6,896 nucleotides of DNA from a virus (lineage: Duplodnaviria > Heunggongvirae > Uroviricota > Caudoviricetes). The DNA lies in the IMG/VR virus record IMGVR_UViG_3300007747_000052, one strand, 5' to 3'. The position numbers and the translations under genes were made by a program. Each line of letters begins with the position of its first letter. Position 1 is the stretch's first letter. Positions 1-6,153 of this stretch are shown here, piece by piece. Below the pieces are notes generated by a model that searched no databases, was not told the DNA's origin, and saw nothing but the letters and a program-made list of their open reading frames with translations.

Positions 1-217
1 TCCACAGTGAGCGGGAAACCAGCCAGGCATTGATATCCATCCCCATCCGCAGAAAAGCAATCTGTCGTTCAGCCTCCGGCAGTTCTCCCTCTTCGGCATC
101 AAACTTTGCCGTTCGCTGCTGAACAAACGCCAGATATTCAATTCTCTGCAGCCCGGACAGCTCACTGAGCACCACGGACTGCTTTTCATAATTAAACGTG
201 CCCTGTTTCAGAAACAT
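1..217 (-). CDS. Tail assembly chaperone, lambda gpG-like; 5' part only, the 3' end lies beyond window position 1
   Basis: Minus-strand frame from ATG at 217..215 (a second ATG lies at 220..218) stays open to the window edge and translates MFLKQGTFNYEKQSVVLSELSGLQRIEYLAFVQQRTAKFDAEEGELPEAERQIAFLRMGMDINAWLVSRSLW. The MFLK start and TLSELSxLQRIExLA motif resemble the lambda G N-terminus as I recall it. GGTGGAG lies upstream of the ATG. It sits directly downstream of the gpV-like gene, as in lambda. Not in the ORF track because no stop is present in the window. Confidence 0.7.
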   Translation of the reverse strand, partial: MFLKQGTFNYEKQSVVLSELSGLQRIEYLAFVQQRTAKFDAEEGELPEAERQIAFLRMGMDINAWLVSRSLW

Positions 218-231
218 CATGTTCTCCACCT

Positions 232-257
232 GCAAAAAAGCCCCGGATAACCGGGGC
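232..257 (-). terminator. Putative rho-independent terminator downstream of the major tail gene
   Basis: Minus-strand reads GCCCCGG-TTAT-CCGGGGC (7 bp GC-rich stem, plus 240..257) followed directly by TTTTTT (plus A-run 234..239). It lies about 20 nt after the gpV-like stop at 278..280. Orientation fits the minus strand only. Confidence 0.6.
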
Positions 258-277
258 AAATGATGAGTAGCGTCCTG

Positions 278-923
278 TTAACCTGCGGCGCTGACAGCCA
301 CCGCAGCCACTGCCACAAAATCGCCGTCAGAAGTCATGCCCACAATGCTGACACTGCCCTGCTTCACGCCTTTCACCGTGGCCACAAGCCCGTTCAGGGT
401 CACCGTGGCAGTCCGTGGATCTGTCGAATGCACACTGATCGCTTTGTCACTGGCTCCGTCAGGTTTTACTGTAAAGGTCAGCGTGGTGGTTGCTCCCACT
501 TTTACACTGGCAGATGCCGGTGCCACCGTCAGCCCGGTAACGCTCACTGTTTCAGTGCCTTCCTCTGCCAGATACGGACGCCCCACACCGCTGATTTTCA
601 CGGTGCGGGTCATCACGTCTTTTGAGGCAATGGTTTTACCCAGTGAGCTCAGCCAGCCACGGAAAACATCAACAGTGCCGTTGGGATATTTGAACGGATT
701 TCTGCCCCTGGGTTGTCGTTTTCCAGTCTGCATCTTCATCATCGAGATAAGTGTCATCTTCTGCATCAGCGGTCATTTCGCCAGGTTGCAGATCCTTCAC
801 CATCGCAAGACGCAGCCAGTCAGTGTCCGATAAAGGGTTCGCAAACGCATCGCCCTTGCCGGTGTACATCCAGAACGTCGTTCCCGCACCTTTCGTTTTT
901 GCCAGTGGATTTGGTGTGGTCAT
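278..923 (-). pseudogene. Major tail protein, lambda gpV-like, with Ig-like (Big_2-type) C-terminal domain; reading frame is broken near 690..700
   Basis: AGGAGG then 5 nt then ATG at 923..921, immediately after the gpU-like stop (937..935). The N-terminal frame gives [76 protein letters not shown], then runs into a stop at 669..671. The homologous continuation [40 protein letters not shown]... plus an Ig-like tail is in a different frame (ORF 278..766). Both parts resemble lambda V as I remember it ([30 protein letters not shown]). Confidence 0.75.
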
Positions 924-934
924 TGCCACCTCCT

Positions 935-1336
935 TTAATTCGTGTACGTGATCTGGTACGTGATTTCCGCCATCGCCCAGGTGGCCATCTCATTATCACG
1001 TTGATAGTTAAAACCGAGAGGGATCAGGGTGTCGATGAGTCCGGAAAGTGCCGGTATATCATTCAGAGCCGGGAAAATGGTGCTCTCCATCCACATATCC
1101 AGCTCTGAATCCGGTGCCTGTGCCCGGATGAAGACAGCAATATGCAGAACAGCCTGCCAGTCATCTTCATCCGTCATTTTTCCGGTGTACTGAGCATCAC
1201 TCAGCCACACCGCCACGGCAGGCAGTTCCTGCGCATCAATAAATGCCGGAAGCCCGTCAAAAAACGTGGCGCTGTCTCCACACTGTTCCCGAAGGCGTGC
1301 CAGTACGGCCTGGCGGATTTGTGTATGTCGGTTCAT
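935..1336 (-). CDS. Tail terminator protein, lambda gpU-like
   Basis: 133-aa product from ATG 1336..1334 ([15 protein letters not shown]...[31 protein letters not shown]...[42 protein letters not shown]...ITYQITYTN). It is colinear with lambda U as recalled (ATFFDG, PAVAV, PDSELD.WMES, DIPALS, TY.ITY). The ATG overlaps the gpZ-like stop as ATGA. The ORF track starts 4 codons earlier at 1348, which I consider less likely. Confidence 0.85.
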   Translation of the reverse strand: MNRHTQIRQAVLARLREQCGDSATFFDGLPAFIDAQELPAVAVWLSDAQYTGKMTDEDDWQAVLHIAVFIRAQAPDSELDMWMESTIFPALNDIPALSGLIDTLIPLGFNYQRDNEMATWAMAEITYQITYTN

Positions 1337-1876
1337 CGGGTCAGCCATAACCTCAGTTGTTGTTTCAGTGCATACCCCAGCTGTTTCGGCATTTCCGCAG
1401 CAATGATGCGGTCGCGGGCATCTTCAAATGCCTGTGTCAGCGGTCCGGACAGCGGGATTTTCACTTTTTTCTTGGCCTGCCCTGATGGTCATGCCCTGTT
1501 GCAAAACGCGCTTCAGGAAGACGCCTCAGAACATGCCAGCGGCCATTCGCCAGTTGCTGAACAAATGCCCCCCGGAAAAAGTATTTTCCCACTCTCAGTC
1601 CTTCACCAGCACGCCGCCGTGTTGTGTTCAGTTTGATGGCGGGCAGATTGCCCCGGTTAACGCGGATCCTGGCCGTCATTTTTCCTGACGGACTGGCTTT
1701 AAACACCCGGACACGCTGACGTACCAGTTTCACGCAACGGTATTCCCGGCAACCTGCCGGGTGGCAACCGAGACCGCTTTCTGTGCCACACGGTTTATCG
1801 CCCATGCGCTGGCCTGTGGCACCATACGGGTATCAAGGCTGTTCAGATTGCGGATGGCATTCTCAAGCCCCTTCAT
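1333..1876 (-). pseudogene. Tail completion / minor tail protein, lambda gpZ-like; reading frame is interrupted twice (or is recoded)
   Basis: RBS AGAGGTG then ATG at 1876..1874. Frame A gives MKGLENAIRNLNSLDTRMVPQASAWAINRVAQKAVSVATRQVAGNTVA then TGA at 1732..1730. The homologous continuation VKLVRQRVRVFKASPSGKMTARIRVNRGNLPAIKLN...RGAFVQQLANGRWHVLRRL... is in frame B (ORF 1461..1805) and stops at 1463..1461. The C-terminal part [45 protein letters not shown] is in frame C, ending at TGA 1335..1333. All three segments match consecutive parts of lambda Z as recalled (IKVNRG.LP.IKL, GAF.QQL.NGRWHV, VKIP...PL..AF, LGYAL..QL). Confidence 0.65.
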
Positions 1877-1887
1877 CCCACACCTCT

Positions 1888-2163
1888 TTACTCAATAAAG
1901 ATCATTGGCTTACCGTTAAAGCGTTCATGCCGTGTGACCGTCCAATGTTGTCCGTCATAAACAACGCGATCCCCGCGCCGTGGGCGGTATCCCGAAGAAA
2001 ACACCACCAGAGAGACCGCAGGTCCGGACAGAGCATTCAGCTCTGCCAGTGTTTCTCCCGGGATCACAGTCATATCGACATCATTAATCGAGGCTGTCTT
2101 TCCCATCTTTCTGACCGTGATCGCATCCATACGCGCTGCCAGCCGGGAAAAGGGATCAGACAT
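1888..2163 (-). CDS. Head-tail joining protein, lambda gpFII-like
   Basis: 91-aa ORF MSDPFSRLAARMDAITVRKMGKTASI...RRGDRVVYDGQHWTVTRHERFNGKPMIFIE. It resembles lambda FII as recalled (AA..R.D..I....G.SA.I; RRGD...W.V) and sits in the FII position between the capsid genes and Z. The start ATG 2163..2161 overlaps the upstream gene's TGA (2158..2156) by 8 nt (ATGTCTGA). Confidence 0.7.
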   Translation of the reverse strand: MSDPFSRLAARMDAITVRKMGKTASINDVDMTVIPGETLAELNALSGPAVSLVVFSSGYRPRRGDRVVYDGQHWTVTRHERFNGKPMIFIE

Positions 2164-2479
2164 TGAGTTTTACCGGCACTTCTTCTGCACTGGTTCCGGC
2201 ATCTGCCCAGACAACCCCGACCAGCGGATCAGAGCCGCTGTTAGTCAGCTGAACTTTTCCGGACTTCAGATAAACCTTCTTACCCGTTTTCATGTCATCC
2301 GTTTTCAGCTTAGGCAGCATAAACACACCTTCGGTCAGGCCGTCGCCTGTTTCACCCTGTGGAATATCGGTCAGTGCCACCGCAAAAACATCACCCACCT
2401 GCACCAGATCTCCGCTGCTGATGGCTGCACTGGCAACAATCGCCACCGTTTTTCCTTCTTCTACAAAATTCTTTGCCAT
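2156..2479 (-). CDS. Small head-module protein, possibly a DUF2190-type capsid accessory or decoration-like protein; function uncertain
   Basis: 107-aa product from ATG 2479..2477 (MAKNFVEEGKTVAIVASAAISSGDLVQVGDVFAVALTDIPQGETGDGLTEGVFMLPKLKTDDMKTGKKVYL...VKLNV), preceded by GGAGA at good spacing. It lies between the capsid gene and the FII-like gene. The family assignment is from memory of the MAKN...TEGVF.LPK pattern and is tentative. The ORF-track start at 2524 would overlap the upstream terminator and lacks an RBS. Confidence 0.6.
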   Translation of the reverse strand: MAKNFVEEGKTVAIVASAAISSGDLVQVGDVFAVALTDIPQGETGDGLTEGVFMLPKLKTDDMKTGKKVYLKSGKVQLTNSGSDPLVGVVWADAGTSAEEVPVKLNV

Positions 2480-2520
2480 AACTGTCTCCGCACAGCCCCG
2501 TTCAGGGGCTGATTTCAGGT

Positions 2521-2545
2521 ACAAAAAAAGCCCTTACGGGCCATC
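2521..2545 (-). terminator. Putative weak rho-independent terminator or attenuator downstream of the major capsid gene
   Basis: Minus strand reads G-GCCC-GTAA-GGGC (4 GC pairs plus a G.U) followed by TTTTTTT (plus A-run 2523..2529), about 20 nt after the capsid ORF stop (2566..2568) and before the next gene's RBS. The stem is short, hence modest confidence. Confidence 0.45.
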
Positions 2546-2565
2546 AGAGTTGTTGTCTGCGACGT

Positions 2566-4419
2566 TTACGCCGTACATTTCACCAGACCGCGGTGATCAA
2601 CTGGCGCGACACCGGCGTCAATACGCACTTTCGTTGTCACGCCATCCACACTGAAGCCCTCCATCTGATCAATATATGGCGTATCCACACCGTTGAGATA
2701 AGCCACTTCAATCGTATCGGAGCCTTTTGACGCAGCCAGGTAGAAGGTGGTCTGGCTGTTATCATCAAGACGAGGCTCTGCAATAACGGTCGCAAAATCT
2801 TTCACCGGGTTAATAATACCGGCGTTAATGTCAGCCCCCTTGACACTTGAGGAGCGAATGACCTGGTTAGCAACAGACTCCATCGCCGTCGGTACCAGTA
2901 CGAACGCAGGACGAATATTCAGATGACGCTCCCCCTCTTTCTGAACGCGCATCAACTGGCGGGCTTTATCCAGCGATGCCACGTCCATTGCAGCGCTCTC
3001 CAGTACGTTTGCATGTTTCGCTTTATCGAACAGACTTACATTATCTGTGGAGATTTTCGGGTTAGACGTCAGAATGGCATAAACCAGATCGGCAATAGTG
3101 GATTTCGCCGCACGGCCCAGTTTCATCGGGACATCGGTCAGCATATTCAAATCATCATTGATAATGGCCTGACGGGTGATACTGAACAGCTCGCCATAGG
3201 TCGCCAGTGCAATAGTGGCCTGTTTATCTCCGGTGGTGACGTATTTATATTCCGCCCCTTCACGCACCTGACGCAGAGCACTGAAGCCCCCCATACCCAC
3301 ACGATGGGCAATTTTAAAATCAGACAACTGACCTTTCCGCGTCCACTGTTCATAGGTTTCAGGGGCATCTTCCCAGCCCTGCAGAATGGCTTTGTTCGCA
3401 ACATCCAGCAGAATATTACCGAAGTCAGACGTACTGTGTGTGAACGCCGCACCGACCATCTGCATCGGGTTATAACTGGAAACCCCAATACCCCGTTCAG
3501 TCAGTGACATACGGGCATATTCACGCAGAGTCATCCCGTTGTAGACATTATCACGTTCGGTTTTTTCAAATCCGGCACGCGCCATCAGCGCCTGGCGGAT
3601 CCCGTCCCCCACAAAATTACCGTTACCGGCATAAATATGAGCCGGNNNNNNNNNNNNNCCGCCAAACATGGCAAACAGATCATTAATACCGTTTACACGC
3701 GCTTTTTGCTCTGCCAGTACCTGCGCACGGATACTGTTTTCATCCACCACTGGTGCTGCTGCCTGCACTGGCGTCCGGGGTGCTGCTGGTTCATCATCCG
3801 GTACGCGTGGAGCACTGTTGCGTGGCGGAGTAATCATGTTTCGAATGGATTCCGGCATCTTTTTAAATTCCTCTGTACGTTTTGACTGAATACATGCCAT
3901 TGCCTTAACGGCTGGCGTTACCTGATCAGCAAATCCATGAGCCAGACATTCGGCTCCGGACATCCAGGTCTCATCCGCCAGCATGGCAGCAATTTCATCG
4001 GTGGTTTTCCCGGTTTTCTGTGCATAAGCGGGTAACAGAACCGCCTCAACCTTATCGAGCAGGTCGGCATAGGTGCGCATGTCCTCCGCATCACCGCCCG
4101 TAAAGCCAAATGGTTTATGAATCATCATGAAGGTGTTTTCCGGCATAATGACCGGGTTTCCCACCATCGCAATGACCGACGCCATTGACGCCGCCACACC
4201 GTCGACATAAACGGTAATGGACGCACCATGTGTTTTCAGCGCATTAAAAATGGCGATGCCTTCAAAGACATCGCCACCCGGTGAATTGATATGGAGATTA
4301 ATGTGGGTGATATCGCCCAGTGCATTCAGATCACTGATAAACTGCTTCGCTGTAACCCCCCAGAAACCAATCTCGTCATAAATATAAATATCCGCGTCAC
4401 TCTGGTGACCAGCCTGCAT
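2566..4419 (-). CDS. Prohead protease (ClpP family) fused in frame to a scaffold-like linker and a major capsid protein domain
   Basis: 617-codon reading frame from ATG 4419..4417, 13 nt after the portal stop. N-terminal ~190 aa: IYIYDEIGFWGV...HINSPGGDVFEGIAIFNALK...VDGVAASMASVIAMVG...MMIHKPFGFTGG, i.e. ClpP-like Ser and His motifs. Then a Pro/Ala-rich linker (PPRNSAPRVPDDEPAAPRTPVQAAAPVV). The C-terminal ~360 aa (NGMTLREYARMSLTERGIGVSS...GADINAGIINPVKDFATVIAEPRLD...) looks to me like an HK97-type capsid protein, but that call is pattern recognition only. The frame across the N gap at 3646..3658 is assumed, not observed. The ORF-track extension to 4680 overlaps the portal gene and has no protease similarity. 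Confidence 0.75.
   Translation of the reverse strand: MQAGHQSDADIYIYDEIGFWGVTAKQFISDLNALGDITHINLHINSPGGDVFEGIAIFNALKTHGASITVYVDGVAASMASVIAMVGNPVIMPENTFMMIHKPFGFTGGDAEDMRTYADLLDKVEAVLLPAYAQKTGKTTDEIAAMLADETWMSGAECLAHGFADQVTPAVKAMACIQSKRTEEFKKMPESIRNMITPPRNSAPRVPDDEPAAPRTPVQAAAPVVDENSIRAQVLAEQKARVNGINDLFAMFGXXXXXPAHIYAGNGNFVGDGIRQALMARAGFEKTERDNVYNGMTLREYARMSLTERGIGVSSYNPMQMVGAAFTHSTSDFGNILLDVANKAILQGWEDAPETYEQWTRKGQLSDFKIAHRVGMGGFSALRQVREGAEYKYVTTGDKQATIALATYGELFSITRQAIINDDLNMLTDVPMKLGRAAKSTIADLVYAILTSNPKISTDNVSLFDKAKHANVLESAAMDVASLDKARQLMRVQKEGERHLNIRPAFVLVPTAMESVANQVIRSSSVKGADINAGIINPVKDFATVIAEPRLDDNSQTTFYLAASKGSDTIEVAYLNGVDTPYIDQMEGFSVDGVTTKVRIDAGVAPVDHRGLVKCTA
3646..3658. other. Assembly gap (13 N) inside the protease-capsid ORF
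   Basis: Run of 13 n characters in the sequence. True length and content are unknown, and frame continuity across it cannot be verified. Confidence 0.99.
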
Positions 4420-4432
4420 CCTGAACCAGGAA

Positions 4433-5941
4433 TTATTCTTCGGACTGGTCGTCGGTGTGCTGCGGCTCCTGTCGTTTCGTTGCGGCACTGCTGCCTCCTT
4501 TATCACTGGCCGGATCGGTATCAAATACCAGATCCAGCTTGCGGTTTTCATCAATTTCGGCCTTGCGCCGACGTTTGACATCATCCGGATTACGACCACC
4601 AGCACGTACCCAGTCTGATTCTGTCGCCGCTCCACCACGAATCTGGATTTTCCAGGCCTCAGCCTCCTTAACAGGGTCAATCCACGGCATCACTGGTCCG
4701 GAATACACCGCGGTATACAGTGAAGAACGGTCAAGATCACGGGGTAGCCTGATAACACCGGATGCCACAGCCTGTTTCAGCCATGCACGATACATCGGGC
4801 GGGTGACGGCACCAATAAACCAGTCCTGCAGGATCAGGTAGCCATCAGTAGACTCAACCAGTTCCTGACGCTGGGCGCTGTAAGTGCCGTTATAGTTGCG
4901 TGCCGTACTGGAAAAACTCAGACGACTGCCCGCCGCCACGGCACGCAACTGACCATTACGAAAAGTTTCAAGATTAGGATTGGGGCGATCCGACTTCACC
5001 ATTCCAATTTCTTCGCCGGGTTTCAGATCGTCGTAAATAATGCCTGGCTGAATGGTAAGCTCGCGTTCCTTATCCTTGCTGCCATTACCATCCGGTTCAT
5101 AGCTCTGCCCGTCGCCTTTCCGGATGTACATCCCCAGAGCAGCGGCGATCCTTGCTGCAGTCAGCTCAGAATCTTCATACTCTTTCAGGGCACTGAGGCG
5201 GATCAGCACACCGGACAACAAAGACGTCCCGCGCATCTGGTGCAGACGGCGAACAAATTTAAGATGCAGCATTCGCTCTGCATCCACTTCTTTGGTTTCC
5301 ATCTGCCGTCCGGATACGGGACGGCTTTTATACACCAGATATTTTTCGGGACGCCCCCAGTCATCAACAAACACGCCCTGATTCAGCCTGTTGCTCTCAT
5401 CACTGGTCATGGGAATAAAGTCTGGCTCGAGCGCCTCCAGCCAGAAATGAACATCGGCAGAAGGCGTCAGGCTGTTTATGCGCCCGGAAACCATCTGGGC
5501 AAACACCTCACCATCGCGCAGCCAGGTACGCAGCATCAGACGTTCCAGCATCGGACGGGTAAACTGCCCGGTGACTTCCGGGCTGACAGACCATTCACTC
5601 CATCGGGTGCGAATCTCCGCTGCCAGATCACGGGCAATGGCCCCATTGCGTAATACCGGATGTGGCTCGACAATAATCCCGTTTTTCCCCACCACCCGTT
5701 CTTCCAGCTTGTCAAATACACCAATAACCAGATCGTGGTTGTTATCAAGGTAACGGGCCTGCTCACGTAACGACACGGCCCCGTACTGGCTTAACTGGTC
5801 GGCAGTTCGGTTTTCCCGCCGGGCTTTGTGTGTCCGCGTCGTTTTTACGGCCTCATAAGCCTGGATCACCGCACGGGAACGCAGCCTTGCCGCTTTCCAT
5901 CCTGGTGAAAAAACGCCAATCACATCATCAATAATTGCCAT
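4433..5941 (-). CDS. Portal protein, lambda gpB-like
   Basis: 502-aa product from ATG 5941..5939 (MAIIDDVIGVFSPGWKAARLRSRA...), stop TAA at 4435..4433. It sits in the portal position between the W-like gene and the protease/capsid gene, with size and overall composition similar to lambda B. The ATG overlaps the gpW-like TGA as ATGA; GAGG lies 6 nt upstream. The ORF-track start at 6013 would overlap the W-like gene by 70 nt. Confidence 0.85.
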   Translation of the reverse strand: MAIIDDVIGVFSPGWKAARLRSRAVIQAYEAVKTTRTHKARRENRTADQLSQYGAVSLREQARYLDNNHDLVIGVFDKLEERVVGKNGIIVEPHPVLRNGAIARDLAAEIRTRWSEWSVSPEVTGQFTRPMLERLMLRTWLRDGEVFAQMVSGRINSLTPSADVHFWLEALEPDFIPMTSDESNRLNQGVFVDDWGRPEKYLVYKSRPVSGRQMETKEVDAERMLHLKFVRRLHQMRGTSLLSGVLIRLSALKEYEDSELTAARIAAALGMYIRKGDGQSYEPDGNGSKDKERELTIQPGIIYDDLKPGEEIGMVKSDRPNPNLETFRNGQLRAVAAGSRLSFSSTARNYNGTYSAQRQELVESTDGYLILQDWFIGAVTRPMYRAWLKQAVASGVIRLPRDLDRSSLYTAVYSGPVMPWIDPVKEAEAWKIQIRGGAATESDWVRAGGRNPDDVKRRRKAEIDENRKLDLVFDTDPASDKGGSSAATKRQEPQHTDDQSEE

Positions 5942-6153
5942 CAGAACCTCGCCAGCCGGTACCCGGGATGCCCCCGTCGTCGTGTAATCAGAGCCGCAAG
6001 GCGGCGCTCCCACTCCTGCCGTCCCTGCCGGATCTCAGATAAGTTTTCCATGGTCATCTGCTGACCATTAAAGGTGACGGATTTTCCGTCCAGCACCGCC
6101 ATTTCAGCTTCCGTATAACGCTGAATCATGGCTTCAATATCATTCTGATTCAT
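5941..6153 (-). CDS. Head completion / head-tail joining protein, lambda gpW-like
   Basis: 70-aa product MNQNDIEAMIQRYTEAEMAVLDGKSVTFNGQQMTMENLSEIRQGRQEWERRLAALITRRRGHPGYRLARF. Size, basic C-terminus and position between terminase and portal match lambda W. GGAGG lies 6 nt upstream of ATG 6153..6151 (the ATG at 6159 abuts the RBS, so is disfavoured). The ATG overlaps the terminase TGA (6152..6150). Confidence 0.7.
   Translation of the reverse strand: MNQNDIEAMIQRYTEAEMAVLDGKSVTFNGQQMTMENLSEIRQGRQEWERRLAALITRRRGHPGYRLARF

Noticed and set aside
260-833. Plus-strand ORFs 260..625 (121 aa) and 336..833 (165 aa)
   Set aside because: They lie antisense to the gpV-like gene, have odd His/Cys/Arg-rich composition, no RBS and no recognisable similarity. 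They are shadow ORFs of a GC-rich coding region.
1142-1688. Plus-strand ORFs 1142..1636 and 1428..1688
   Set aside because: Antisense to the gpU-like and gpZ-like genes, with no start context or family resemblance.
2480-2524. Start of the small head gene at 2524 as given in the ORF track
   Set aside because: It would place the start inside the terminator hairpin with no RBS. The ATG at 2479 has a GGAGA RBS.
2117-3507. Plus-strand ORFs 2117..2512, 2292..2654 and 2923..3507, and minus-strand ORF 3147..3488 in another frame
   Set aside because: All are fully embedded in or antisense to the small head gene and the protease/capsid ORF. Compositional artefacts.
3504-4109. Short ORFs 3504..3686, 3637..3885, 3668..3889 (plus) and 3918..4109 (minus, alternate frame)
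   Set aside because: They overlap the protease/capsid coding region, some span the N gap, and none has start signals. Artefacts.
4420-4680. N-terminal 87-codon extension of the protease/capsid ORF back to ATG 4680
   Set aside because: It overlaps the portal C-terminus in another frame and has no ClpP similarity. The protease similarity begins at the Met at 4419, 13 nt after the portal stop.
4455-5766. Plus-strand ORFs 4455..4841, 5124..5381, 5240..5653 and 5478..5753, and minus ORF 5536..5766 in an alternate frame
   Set aside because: Embedded in or antisense to the portal gene; no supporting signals.
5942-6013. Portal start at 6013 as given in the ORF track
   Set aside because: It would overlap the whole C-terminal third of the W-like gene. 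The ATG at 5941 has a GAGG RBS and an ATGA overlap with the W stop.
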